A stretch of 64,000 bases of DNA, taken from contig JBHGNT010000004.1 in NCBI GenBank assembly GCA_043228905.1, positions 7,316,001 to 7,380,000 on the forward strand. The letters run 5' to 3'. Below, one piece after another: positions 37,606 to 49,700 of this stretch. The DNA comes from Azolla caroliniana (lineage: Eukaryota > Plantae > Polypodiophyta). A model generated the notes under the pieces. It searched no databases. It was not told where the DNA came from and saw only the letters and a program-made list of their open reading frames with translations. Each line of letters starts with the position of its first letter. The first letter of the stretch is position 1. Position numbers and translations under genes: made by a program.

Positions 37606-40600
37606 TTAAGAAAATAATGTATGGGGAAACAAGTCCACTTCTTGCTCCCATCCATCCGTATCAACAATATCATTAGTAACTTGGGGAATATAAGTAGGTC
37701 CCCGAGTTACATACTTTTTAAGGCGCCATCCGTTCACTCGATAAGAATGAAGTGCTCCATCCACATCTTTCAATTGGTAACTTCCGTTGTCATACTTTTT
37801 GTGAACCACAAAGGGTCCTTCCCACTTATTATCAAGCTTTTGTCCTTGAATATAATCATATCTATTATCATACCTAAGAACCAATGATCCTTCTTCAATG
37901 TGGTTGCCCTTGTGTTTTTTGTCATATGCCTCCTTTCTCTTCATTGCTTGATTTAAGTAATGCTCCACAGCTTCTTCTCTTGAATATTGTAGTAGATGGT
38001 TGCTCGCTAAACGACTCATCACATCATTTCCTTTTGAGCGATGCGATGCCTCCATTAGTCTATTACTTTTGATCTCAAGTTCGATCGGAAGTAACGCTTC
38101 TTTTCCATAAACCAAATAAAAAGGAGTAAAACCTGTGGAGGATTTATAAGAAACTCTATAAGCCCAAAGAGTATCATCCAAATACCTATCCCATGTTCTT
38201 ACTTTGTCTTGCACTAACTTTGTCAAATTCTTCACTATAAGCCCATTCACTTTCTCAACTGCACCATTTGCTTGAGGATAATAAGGCGTTGAATATCGAT
38301 GCTTAATCTTCAACTTGCTTAATAGACAAGCTAACATTTCACTCCTAAAACCGGGTCCATGATCGGATACAATCTCCATGGGAACTCCAAATCTAGTACA
38401 AATATTCTTATACACAAATTGGGCTACATCTTTGGCTTTAATCGAGGAAGTTGCTATAGCTTCCACCCACTTTGTCATGTAGTCAATGGCCACCAAAATA
38501 AACTCTTTACCATGTTGAGTTTTCGGAAGAGGTCCTACTGCATCAATTCCCCATTTCTCGAATGGAGCAAACACCACAATGGGTTGTAAAGGTCCACTTT
38601 GTAGATGTCTTATTCCCGCTTTTTGACATGCATCACAAGATCTACACCAATCATGCACATCCCTATGGATAGTAGGCCATGTAAAACCAATTAGTAAAAT
38701 CTTTCTTATCATTATATCATGGGCTAAATGCCCACCACAAACTTCTTCATGCAACTTAAAGAGTATCTTTATAATCTCGCTTTTGTTAGGAACTCTTCGT
38801 AAAACTCCATCTTTCCCTTTGTTGTACAAATCTTCACCCACCAAATGATATTGTGAAGCCTTTGCCACCAAACGCTTTCTTTGCAAAGCATTGAGGTTAT
38901 TTGGAAACTCTCCTTTATTAAGAAAATTATGTACTTCCTCTAGGGAGTCTACATCTTTGCACGTCTCCAAAACACCAACGAAACCTTCCTTGATCTTATC
39001 TAATTGGGCTTGAGCTAATGCATCCGCTTCTTTATTGTATAATCTCCCCACATGCTTAACCTGTATCTTTTCAAAAGACCTTAGTAGACTCATTGCTTCT
39101 TTATAAAAATTTCTAAGCCCATCACTTTGACATTTCCAATTGCCTTGAATTTGTTTAATTACCAATAAGGAATCACCCTTAAGAATTAATCTTTTTATCT
39201 TCATAGCTTTACATAGACGAAGACCATAACACAAGGTAGCATACTCCGCTTCATTATTTGAATTCACACCACTTAATGTAATACCTTCACTTTTTACTCT
39301 GTCTCCTTGAGGATCCTTGAGAATAATCCCACCCACGGCTATGTTTGTGGCTTTGCGAAATGCCCCATCAAAGAATAAGGTGAATGCATCCTCCATATCC
39401 GGCTCGGGAAGTACCTTTCGTAGCTTTACCAAGTCTTCTTCATGAAAGGTTTCTCTAAAGGTGAGAAGATCCGCCAATTCGGCACGCATAGTTGATTCCA
39501 ATTTGACTTCAAAATCAAACTCCGCCAATAGTAGAGCCCATTTAGCAATTCGTGCTGAAATGCTCACATGTTGGAGTACATATGGGAGTAATGACATGCT
39601 AGTGATTATTACAAAATGATGAGGTAGTAGAAAGCTTCTAAACTTTTTACAAGCATATATAAGAGCTAACATCCACTTTTCTACTTCTAAGAATTCTTTC
39701 TCTACATCAGACATGGCTTTACTAATAAAATATATAGGATGCATAAGTCTATTTTCAGAATCTTGTTGCATAAGAATGGCTCCTATAGCATGAGATCCAA
39801 CACTAAGAGAAAGAAAGAAGGTAGATGTTCTATCAGGTGGCTTTAGAATAGGAGCATTACATAATAGTTCTTTTATTCTTACATATTGCTCTTCAGTTGT
39901 AGATGTCCACAAGAAGTTGTTGGTGCGAAGAATAATGCGAAAAGGATAGAGAATTTGGGCCAACATATGAATGAATCGTTCAAAGTAACGAACTTTTTGA
40001 ACAAATACCTCCAAATCTTTGATACTCGTGGGTGTTGTCATCTTTTGAATTGCTTCAATCTTTGAGCTATCAACTTTGATTCCTTCTTGAGACACCACAT
40101 GACCAAGCATCACCACCTCCTTTTCACCTATGTGACACTTCTCTGGGTTGAGTTGCATTTTGCATTCCTCCAATCTTTTGAATGCCAAGCGAACCTTTTC
40201 CAAATGGTCTTTCCTGCTACTATAAATTGCAAAGTCATCCATAAAGACTCTAACAAACTTTCCAAAGAATGGTTGGAATACATGAATAGCAAGACGATTA
40301 AATGTAAAAACAGCATTTGTGAGTCCAAAGGGCATGCATCGATATGCAAAGCATCCCCATGGAGTGATGAATGTCGTCTTCTTTTGATCCTCTTCCGCAA
40401 TACGAATTTGAAAATAACCTGAATAGCCATCACAAACAGAGTACATTTCATGACCCGCAATTTCATCTAATATTTCATCTTGGAAAGGGAGAGGAAAGTG
40501 ATCCCTCTTGGTAGCCGCATTTAGAGGTTTGTAATCAACACAAACCCTCCATTTTCCATTCTTTTTAGGTACCACCACAATGGGCGAAACCCATTCAGAA

Positions 40601-42765
40601 TCTTCCACTGGGTAAATGAATTGTGCACGCAACAAAGCTTTGACTTCCTTTAATAAGGCCTCCTTTTGCACGTGACCTAGCCTTCGCAACTTTTGCGCAA
40701 CGGGAGTTGTACCCTCCTTTAGATTTATGTGATGTTGGATGACATCTACACCCCTAATATGAGCATAATCACTAATGAAAAGGTTAGGAAATTCAGAAAT
40801 CAAATTAATAAATTGTTGCCTCTCTTGCCCTTTAAGATCTTTAGAAATCATCTTCTCTTTTTGCTCCATAGTAATTAAACCTCTTTCATCATCTTCTTCC
40901 TTCAAAACGGCATATGATGTGGTCATTTCCCATTCTGACGAGGAATCTTCACTTTCATCACTTTCATATGCGGACCCACTATCATATTCAGTTATTCCAT
41001 CTTCTTCTTTCTCAATAAGTCTTTGTTGCCGCATATCATAATGTATGCTCACTCCTTTTGATGGTGTTATGGTCATCAAACCTTTGCTCCAATCTTGGAC
41101 AACATTGAGTTCTTGCATCCATGGTCGTCCTAGTACCAAAGAATATGACGGTCCTTTTAGTGGTATTACATGAAAATCCATGGAAATGCTTACCCCAAAA
41201 CACTTGATGACAACATCCTCCACTATGCCAATGCAATGGACCACTCCACCATCGGCTACAGCCACTCTTGCCGAAGATGACCTACTTATAGGAATTCCCA
41301 CTTTGTTTACCACAAATTCAGAAATCAAGCTTACTCTAGCACCACTATCAACCAACGCATCTTTGATGTGAAACCCTTTGATGGAGACGGGGATGGTGGG
41401 TCGTATGTCCTTTCGATCTTCTACTCGCACGATTCCCACATAATGCACAGTCTTCCGACTTTGGCGAATACTTGCAAGTCGCCCCCACTCCTTTCGTAAT
41501 GTGGGAGATAATTGGAGAAGTTGCGGCCATGTTATCCTTGGTCCACTTGAAATCAACTCATGCTTCAAATTGAAAGCTTCTACACCTTCACCCATAGGAA
41601 TGTCCTCCATCTTGATCTTTCTTCTAGAGTGTCTCCTTCTCAATTTTTCCTCTTTCTCATTCTCCTTAGACTTCTTCTTTTGTCTTGAGGCACTAGATTC
41701 TCCTTCAACTTCTTTCTCCTTTTGTGAGGACCTTGTCCTTTTCACAGGAGCTACTTCAAAAGAATTATCACTATCATCAATAAAATTAAGAAGATTCACA
41801 TTATGAGGAATTGTAGGAACCTGAGCCATAGGGAGTGTTACGTTTCCTTCGACTTCATTGTTGTTAGGTCGTTGTCCATTCCTTTGCACTTGATAAATGC
41901 CTCTTCCCATGCCTCTTTGTTGTCGATGAGGACATCTTGTTGAGATGTGTCCCTCCTCTTGACAAGAATAACAAATTACACCGTGATGCCCTCTAGAGCC
42001 ACCACCATCGGGAATAGTGTTGTGAATTGCTTGGGATTGTCGCAAGTGGGTCATCACTTCATCAAAGCGCCGATTTACCAATGCCATGGTATCTTGTTCA
42101 CTCCTCACTTGTTCAACTTCTTGGGATATACTTGTTGGGTTTATTGTTGTGGTGGTATACACATTTGGAAACACTTGTCCCCCATGCACAATTGAAGATG
42201 AGGCTTGAAAGTTGGCACGAGGCATCAAATTTGCACCCAAAGCCGTCATTTGGGGATCCCCCAAGGAGCTCATCATCTTCACTTGTCGATCATAAGCTTG
42301 ACAAACTTGGATAAGAGCTTGAAACGATGTGGGATCCTTCAAGTTTGCTTCCAAACGGAAATACATATCAAGACCCATCTTGAATCGTTCCATTTTAAAC
42401 CACTCGTCTTCAGTGCCGCCACGAAGATGAATCCATGTAGTCCACAAATCCTTGAAATTTCTTTCATACTCAGTGAAACCAATTGGTGATTCCATCTTTA
42501 GTCGAAATAGCTCTTCCCTTACTTCGGTTGCACTTCGTCGTTGAATATATTTGGCACGAAACTGGTGCACCAACAATTGATATGCTCCCTGTTGGTTTGG
42601 AGGAAGAGAGTCATACCAATCTCGAGCTCGACCATAGAATGTAGCTACTAATAAAGGTAACTTCTCATTGTCGGTGATGCGTCCAATAGAGACAGCATGA
42701 TGCTCAAAAGATGCCAAAAAGGCACCCGCATCTTGTGTTCTTTCACCTGAAAATGCAAATTGCAT
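37606..42765 (-). CDS. Gypsy-B uninterrupted Gag-PR-RT-RH-aRH-INT polyprotein (about 1719 aa from the first ATG after the PBS)
   Basis: CYSCQEEGHISTRC; ALVDSGA; DGYSGY, MPFGL, VFMDD; second RNase H LFFDGA..NNEAEY..GDS..NKEADALA; INT HHCC and D,D,E. Confidence 0.95.
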   Translation of the reverse strand: MQFAFSGERTQDAGAFLASFEHHAVSIGRITDNEKLPLLVATFYGRARDWYDSLPPNQQGAYQLLVHQFRAKYIQRRSATEVREELFRLKMESPIGFTEYERNFKDLWTTWIHLRGGTEDEWFKMERFKMGLDMYFRLEANLKDPTSFQALIQVCQAYDRQVKMMSSLGDPQMTALGANLMPRANFQASSSIVHGGQVFPNVYTTTTINPTSISQEVEQVRSEQDTMALVNRRFDEVMTHLRQSQAIHNTIPDGGGSRGHHGVICYSCQEEGHISTRCPHRQQRGMGRGIYQVQRNGQRPNNNEVEGNVTLPMAQVPTIPHNVNLLNFIDDSDNSFEVAPVKRTRSSQKEKEVEGESSASRQKKKSKENEKEEKLRRRHSRRKIKMEDIPMGEGVEAFNLKHELISSGPRITWPQLLQLSPTLRKEWGRLASIRQSRKTVHYVGIVRVEDRKDIRPTIPVSIKGFHIKDALVDSGARVSLISEFVVNKVGIPISRSSSARVAVADGGVVHCIGIVEDVVIKCFGVSISMDFHVIPLKGPSYSLVLGRPWMQELNVVQDWSKGLMTITPSKGVSIHYDMRQQRLIEKEEDGITEYDSGSAYESDESEDSSSEWEMTTSYAVLKEEDDERGLITMEQKEKMISKDLKGQERQQFINLISEFPNLFISDYAHIRGVDVIQHHINLKEGTTPVAQKLRRLGHVQKEALLKEVKALLRAQFIYPVEDSEWVSPIVVVPKKNGKWRVCVDYKPLNAATKRDHFPLPFQDEILDEIAGHEMYSVCDGYSGYFQIRIAEEDQKKTTFITPWGCFAYRCMPFGLTNAVFTFNRLAIHVFQPFFGKFVRVFMDDFAIYSSRKDHLEKVRLAFKRLEECKMQLNPEKCHIGEKEVVMLGHVVSQEGIKVDSSKIEAIQKMTTPTSIKDLEVFVQKVRYFERFIHMLAQILYPFRIILRTNNFLWTSTTEEQYVRIKELLCNAPILKPPDRTSTFFLSLSVGSHAIGAILMQQDSENRLMHPIYFISKAMSDVEKEFLEVEKWMLALIYACKKFRSFLLPHHFVIITSMSLLPYVLQHVSISARIAKWALLLAEFDFEVKLESTMRAELADLLTFRETFHEEDLVKLRKVLPEPDMEDAFTLFFDGAFRKATNIAVGGIILKDPQGDRVKSEGITLSGVNSNNEAEYATLCYGLRLCKAMKIKRLILKGDSLLVIKQIQGNWKCQSDGLRNFYKEAMSLLRSFEKIQVKHVGRLYNKEADALAQAQLDKIKEGFVGVLETCKDVDSLEEVHNFLNKGEFPNNLNALQRKRLVAKASQYHLVGEDLYNKGKDGVLRRVPNKSEIIKILFKLHEEVCGGHLAHDIMIRKILLIGFTWPTIHRDVHDWCRSCDACQKAGIRHLQSGPLQPIVVFAPFEKWGIDAVGPLPKTQHGKEFILVAIDYMTKWVEAIATSSIKAKDVAQFVYKNICTRFGVPMEIVSDHGPGFRSEMLACLLSKLKIKHRYSTPYYPQANGAVEKVNGLIVKNLTKLVQDKVRTWDRYLDDTLWAYRVSYKSSTGFTPFYLVYGKEALLPIELEIKSNRLMEASHRSKGNDVMSRLASNHLLQYSREEAVEHYLNQAMKRKEAYDKKHKGNHIEEGSLVLRYDNRYDYIQGQKLDNKWEGPFVVHKKYDNGSYQLKDVDGALHSYRVNGWRLKKYVTRGPTYIPQVTNDIVDTDGWEQEVDLFPHTLFS

Positions 42766-42832
42766 AGCTAAGTTAATGTAATATAGTAACACAATTAAAT
42801 GGTAAGTTCTCCCTCCTATACGGAAAGGATCC

Positions 42833-42850
42833 GCCCTCCCTGGAGCGCCA
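42833..42850 (-). promoter_or_regulatory. Gypsy-B primer-binding site, tRNA-Arg-like
   Basis: tggcgctccagggagggc, 3 nt from the LTR; resembles the complement of a plant tRNA-Arg 3' end (recalled, not searched). Confidence 0.6.
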
Positions 42851-44265
42851 AAATGATAGGGTGTATAAGATAATAGATAGTTATACACTATATGAGGGCT
42901 TGACCAAACCGATTAGATGGAGTTGAAAATCATAATATATTATATAGCTCTAGGTAATTATGATTGGAGAGTATAACTCAAGAAACTAAGAAAAAAGATA
43001 GAGAAAGCGAGCAAGAAATAAGAATGTTCTGATATTCCAACATCAAGAGAATACAAAGGAGACAAACTCCACATTGAACTAAAACCAAAGACCTTCCTCT
43101 TCTAAGACACTTCCTCTTCCACAAAGACACTTCTTCCTAACACTCCTCATCCACTCTTTGGCCTTCACTCTTAGCCCCGCCTCTTAGCCTATATCACTTC
43201 TTCTTTTATAACCTTCCTCTTCTTATCCACGTTCATGCTATTTTTAGAAGCTTTTTATCTCCCTATTTTTAGCTATGACATATCGACCTTCTAATCGTCA
43301 TATCTCCCTCATCCGATATCCAAATTAAGCGATTTAAAAAGCTATAGAAAGCTCTTTTTACAAGCTTTCTAATCCATATTTAAACGTGATATTTGGATAA
43401 ACAACGAGGGAGTTATGACCATTCTATTTTTACTGTTTTTTATAGTCTGTGTTTTCTCTTTTTACTTTTCTCTTGGTCTCGTACTTTTACTTTTGACTTC
43501 TTCCCTAAGGTCTTTAGTTCGTGTTCTTATCCTCAAAAGGTGAATTATCTATACTTTATATTCTCCTAATGTTCAATGGCTTAGATTCTAAAAACACTTT
43601 CACAGTTACCTAACATCAAGTCTCATAATTACGATGGCATACACCAAAGTGCAACCTAATGGTTAAGACAAATGAGCCCTCTTTTTGTAGTAGGCCACGT
43701 GGCCTATCACATGGTTACGTTGTCGTGCCTTTCGGCTCCGGATCGTTGCGTGAATCGGGTGGGAATCACTGAGGTTTTGGACTAGGAGAAAGAAGAATAC
43801 AAGATAAGGCTAGTTATGAATAGGTAGAAAGAGAAGTAAGAAATAAAACTTGTGAATCCCACGTGTTTAGTGTATTTAATCAATATTTAGATTGTAAGAA
43901 AAAGAATTTTGATGATAAACTCATGAATCCCATGAATATTTTAGATTAATCAATCTTTGTAAAAATAATCAACCAACCATACATCTTTCTCTCCTCCTTA
44001 TATAAGGATGGAAGAGGTTAAGCATAGCTTCATGCCTTTCCTAAAGTGTTCATGCACACTAAATGTGCATGAGTTGCTTTTTACACTATGCTTTTATTTC
44101 CTAAATATAGTGCTGATGCTCGCTAGATGTGCACGAGTAATTTTTTATTGGTGTATATTTTTCTTATAAATAAAGTATTCACGCATTCTAAAAATGCATG
44201 ACTTACCTTTTAATAAAGGTAGGCATAAATAAAGGTCTTATACGTATTACTATCAGAATTCACGA

Positions 44266-44383
44266 TGTAATCCCAATGCTAAAATCTATATCTAAAACAC
44301 TTAGGATAAGTTAGTACAATGGTAAGGTTGGGGTCTGTCTACGTGGAGGTACAGGGTTTGAATCCTGCCCTATGCACGTAACA
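44266..44383 (-). mobile_element. LTR-end remnant containing a tRNA-like A/B-box module
   Basis: On +, A box tagtacaatgg at 44312 and B box ggtttgaatcc at 44355, ending cgtaaca; same layout as the LTR end at 59901-59970. Confidence 0.6.
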
Positions 44384-44699
44384 ATCTCTTCTTCTATTTA
44401 CAAATTTGCCTCTTCATCCAGTGAGAGACTCTCACCGGCCTTCTTTATTCGCCTCCTTGATCTGGTTCTTACCGGGTCCTCCTTGATCCGGTTCTCACCG
44501 GTTGTCCTTACTTGGTCCTCCTTACTGGTTCCCCCTTGCCCCATCCGGAGGGACAAAAATGCAAATTTCACGTAGTGTGCGAATTACACTACGACACTCG
44601 CCCCCTCCAAACCCGCACATCCTCCGGTATGTGCCGAAGTTCCCGATGCCTGTTGTTCGTCTTCATCCGTAGCACTACCCAATTCCTCCCTTATATCAA

Positions 44700-46732
44700 C
44701 TATCAATTGTAGACCACTTTCTTCGCTTTCTACATCACCGTGATCTTTGTCCGGTTGCTCCTCGTTGTCGGTCTTGTCTAGGGTTACATAGGGTTCGTCG
44801 TTTCCCCACTATAGGCACTCGTAGTATCGTTCCATCCAACTCGCATAATCCGTAAGTTCCGTTTTCGAAAACTTTCCGAACCTCGTATGGCCCGAACCAC
44901 CTTTTCGCGAACTTTCGTATCGTTGTATGTTGATGATCCAAACTACTGTCATAGAAAATCACCCAATCTCCTTCTTCAATCTTCTATGGTCGTAGTCGGT
45001 GCTTTGTGTCGAACCGGCTTTTGTTCCAGAATCGCACTTCTTGTTGTCGACGTGTTGCTTCCGCTATATCTTCCGGTCTTCCCTCTAGTTGTCGTATCCG
45101 GACTGCTAGTAGTTCTTCCCGACTCATCTCTTCCTTCCACGGTAGCATTGTCCATGTCGCGATCACGGTTTCCATCGGCATTACCGATGCTTGTCCGGTC
45201 ATAAGTTCTGTCGGCATATAACCGGTTACGGAGCTATGCGTCGTCTGATCTGCCCATCGTGCATACGGGAGCATCTACGGCCAATCCTTCACCCTTCCAT
45301 CACATGCTTTGGCAAGTGCTTTGACGATCGGACTATGTCCTCGTTCGATTTTCCCGTTGGCCTCCGGATTGTATGCCATTGTTAGTGTTAACTGAACTCC
45401 ATGTTTGGTGAAGAATTCCCTAGCTTTATCAGAGTCGAGTTCTCCCCAATCCGTAATCACTTGTCCTATGCACCCGTACCTGCAAAACACCTCCTCCAAA
45501 AGAAATTGGCATACCGCAAAACACGTTTTCCTTCGTAGCGCCCGACCTTCTACTTGATTTGTGAGATCTTCCCGAGCTAACACCAAGTACTTCTTTTGTC
45601 CGATCCAGGTTGGCATGGCTACAATGTTGACCATCCATTTGAAGTTGATTGTTGGTGAAAATGTCGGATGTAACTCATCTTGGTGTCGAACTCCGGAGTA
45701 GATTTGACACTTCTCGCAGCTTTTTGTGAACTCCATTATATCTTTGTACATATTCTTCCACCAATATTTTTGTTTGATTTTCACTAAAGTCGCCCATGTC
45801 CCTCGATGTCTAGCCCAATCGAATTCGTGAAACTCGAACATTATCCGGTTTCGTTGCTCTTTCGTCCCAACTACCCGAAGTGGTATGCAATCCGGTCTTT
45901 TTGGCTCCCTCCATATTAATCCATTTTTCAAGAAGAACTTTTGGACTTGCCTCTTCTTCCTTCGGATCTCGACTCTCTTCTCTTTATCGTCCGATGATTC
46001 CTCAATCTCTTGTAGCACCTTCCCGATCATCAAGCTTTCTCCCTCGTATTCTTCTTCTCGGAATTCTATGTGCTCTGAAGCAAAGCAGTTTTCAGAAACT
46101 TCTTCATTATCGGATTCGGCTATGTCGTCTCCGAACCGAGCCCTTGATAGCATATCCGCTACCACGTTGTCTTTTCCGGAGATGTGTCGTACGCCCGGGT
46201 TAAGCGACTTAACATATGCAATCCATCTTAGCATAGCCACATCCGGTATCGTGCAACACCGCATCATCCCGAGTATCGTAATACAATCCGTTTCGATCAC
46301 TACTTCAGCTCCGATCAAATAATCTCGATCCGATTTGATGGCCAACACGACTCCCCATAATTCTCTTTTGACTTGTGCATATCCGCGTTGCCTTTCGTTG
46401 AGAACCTTTGCTCCGAATCGGATCGGATATCGCAAACCATCCGAGTCGGCTTGATTGATGACCCATCCGATCCCGGTTGGACTTGTATCAACCATTACTA
46501 TGATCGGTCGCTCATAGCTCAGCTTCTAAAGTGCTTCAGCCCTCCGTAGTGTTTTCTTGAACTTCTTCATGGCTTTGGTGTGTTCCGGTTTCCATTCGAA
46601 CTTCTTCCCCTTCCGCAATAAGTGATAGAGTGGGTCTGCAATATGTGCATAGTGTGGAATCCATATGTGATAAAATGCACAAGCTCCAAGAAACCTTTGG
46701 ACTTCGGATTGTGACTCGCATACTTCTTTCAA
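44700..46732 (-). pseudogene. Gypsy-C RNase H and integrase
   Basis: VDTSPTGIG..KRELWG..IETDC; HRG..YWW..CEKCQ; YNPEANGKIERGH; KFAKRWFGPY. Confidence 0.88.
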
Positions 46733-46733
46733 A

Positions 46734-49700
46734 GCTCATCAACACTATTCTTCTCACTTCCCATCCGGAGGGACTTGTTTCCTAACAAACTCCCCCTTCA
46801 CTCCGGCATGGGATGTGTTACTAGTCCGATCCGCTTCCGACATGCATCCAGCTTGTCGGGTATCAGTACTTTGGTCAGCATATCTGACCCGTTCTCGTCC
46901 ATGTGGATCTTCGTCAGTGCAAACTCTCGATCTTCTACTCGCTCCCAGATCTAGTGATACCTACGCTGGATATGCTTCATCCTGGAATGGTACGCTGCGT
47001 TCTTAGCAAGGTGGATGACACTTTGACTGTCGCAATAGAGCCGATATTCATCTTGCCGGATACCAAGCTCTCTGATGAAGTCCTTCATCCATAATATTTC
47101 CTTGCCGGCTTCAACAGCCGCCATGTACTCCGTCTCCGTGGTTGACAACGCAATCGTCTTCTACAACCTCGACTGCCACGAAACAGCTCCCCCTGCATAT
47201 GTCATTACATACCCGGATGTAGACCGGATGGTATCCACATCAGTCGACATGTCCGAATCGGTAAAACTATCAAGTTGAGGTTTACCGGAGCCGAATCGGA
47301 AGCACATATTCGAAGTGCCCTTCAAGTACCGGAGTATCCATTTGACCTCGTTCCAGTGCTCTTACCGGGATTGCTCATAAACCGGCTCACCACTTCGATT
47401 GTGTATCCAATATCCGGTCGAGTACACACCATTGCATACATTAAGCTCCCGACGGCAGAGGCATATGGAACCTTCATCAATCTGCCTTCTCTGCTTTTGT
47501 CTTCGGGCTTTGCTTACCGGATAATCTGCAGTTTGCCAAGAGTGTTGATTCGACCGGTTTTGCTTCCAACATGTTGAACCGCGGAAGCACCTTTGTCACG
47601 TATTTCTCCTGCGACAGCCACAATTGCTTCTTTGACCAGTCCCGGATGATGTGCATCCCTAGTATCTGTCGTGCCGGGCCCAAGTCTTTCATTGAGAAGG
47701 TTCGGTTGAGAGCCTTCTTCAGCATTCGTATTTTGGTTTGGTCCCGTCCAACGATCAACATGTCGTCCACGTACAGAAGGAGTATCAGGAAGTCGCCTCC
47801 TTCGAACTTCTTCACAAACACGCAGTGATCGACCTGCGTCTTACGGTACCCTTGATCGGTCATGAAGGAGTCAAACTTCCGGTACCATTGTCGGGGAGCC
47901 TGCTTCAGTCCATACAGGCTCTTCTTCAACCGGCAAACCAGGTGCTCCTTCCCTTTCTCCACGAATCCTTCTGGTTGCTGCATGTAGATCTCCTCTTCGA
48001 GGTTACCATGAAGGAATGTCGTCTTCACGTCCAGCTGCTCGACCTTGAGGTCCATGCTTGCCGCTATACTCAGCACCGTCCGGATGGAGGTCATCTTTAC
48101 TACTGGGGCAAATATCTCGTCGAAGTCCACGCGCTTCTTTTGCTGGAACCCCTTCACCATGATCCTGGCTTTGTATGTCGGGGGGTTGCCGACATCTCCA
48201 GGTTTCAACTTGTACACCCACTTGTTTCGGAGTGCCCGCTTTCCTTTCGACAACTCCACCAATTTGTACGTATGGTTCTCATGTAGGGAATCCATCTCAT
48301 CCTGCATGGCACTTAACCATTTGTGGCTATGGGCGTCACTTTTTGCTTCCTCAAAGCTTTCTGGCTCCACCTCATCGGTTAGTAGCACATGCTCTGCATC
48401 TGGAAATCTCTAGGGGGCCCTTCTCTCTGTTAAAGGATATCTCCGTCTTTGGCTTTCGGCAACCGGCTCCTCTATTTGTTCTTCATCCGAATCCGATTCG
48501 GGGTCTTGGCTGGTTCTGGTTTCACCTATTCCTTCTTCTTCGGCCTGTCTTGTCTCCTTACCGTCATCGGTCGGTTCATTGAGTGCTAACTGGTCTCTTG
48601 CCGGTTGGGTCTACTCATCGTAGAATCGATCATTACCGGTTGACTCGGAGTTCATTATCTTCTTCTCCGACTCCCAGTTGGCGAGCGTCTTGTCCTCCAT
48701 GAAGATAATATCTCGACTCCAGAATACCTTCTTGTCGACCAGGTCCCACACTCGGTAGCCAAACTCATCGTCGCCGTAACCGAGGAATATGCATGGCCGG
48801 GTCTTCGGATCTAGTTTTCCTCTCCGGTCCTTAGCTACATGCACATACGCAAGACACCCGAATACCTTCAGATGCCGGTAGGAAACTTCCTTACCGGTCC
48901 AGACTCTCTGTGGTGTGTCTCCATCCAAGGGTACTGAGGGTGATCTGTTTATCACATATGTCGCCATCGACAGTGCCTCAACCCAAAACTTCTTGGGTAG
49001 TTTTGCATGCACCAGCATACTCCGGACCCTCTCCATTATGGTCTGGTTCATCATCTCAGCCATCCCGTTTAGTTCCGGCATCTTCGGCACGGTAAATTCG
49101 AGCCGGATTCCCTTCGAGCGATAATACTCCTCGTACTGCCCTTGGTATTCTCCTCTGTTATCTGCTCGAACCGCCTTCAGCTTCCGGCCGGTTTGTCTTT
49201 CCACTCTGGCTTGTGTTGGGAGACAGGTCCCTCCGCATGGGAAGGGAGAAGAACAGTGCCGATGAACAAACTCGGATGAGAACTGGATGAGGAGTACCCG
49301 GCTACGGAGAGCCGGATGGTACAGACCCGGTGAAGACCGGATGAGGAGTACCCGGCTACGGAGAGCCGGATGGTACAGACTCGGTGAAGACCGGTTGAGG
49401 AGTACTCGGCTACGGAGAGCCGGATGGTACAGACCCGGTGAGAACCAGATGATGAGTACTCGGCTACGGAGAGCCGGATGGTGCAGACCCGGTGAGAACC
49501 AGATGAGGAGTACTCGGCTACGGAGAGCCGGATGGTGCAAACCCGGTGAGAACCGGATGAAGAGACATATTCGTAAATATGTTTTTGAGAGTCCATCATG
49601 GCTATATTTGTAAATAGCCGAAAAGTCATATGAGTATAAATATGACTTAGGGCAAAATTTTAGTGGTGGTTGTTATTCTTGTTGGTGCAAGAAGAGAGAG

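Larger units (their letters stand above)
36594..43604 (-). mobile_element. Gypsy-B, intact OTA/Tat-like element with an additional archaeal-type RNase H
   Basis: 751-bp LTRs 36594-37344 and 42854-43604 with no difference found on line-by-line comparison; TSD gttac 36589-36593 and 43605-43609; PPT about 37345-37363; PBS 42833-42850. Confidence 0.97.

Noticed and set aside
37606-42888. ORF-track start of the 1760-aa protein at 42888
   Set aside because: It is a non-ATG start inside the LTR and reads through the PBS; ATG 42765 is the likelier start.
48611-49540. 309-aa repeat-integrase fusion ORF
   Set aside because: Chance in-frame join between the inverted solo LTR and the Copia-5 integrase.
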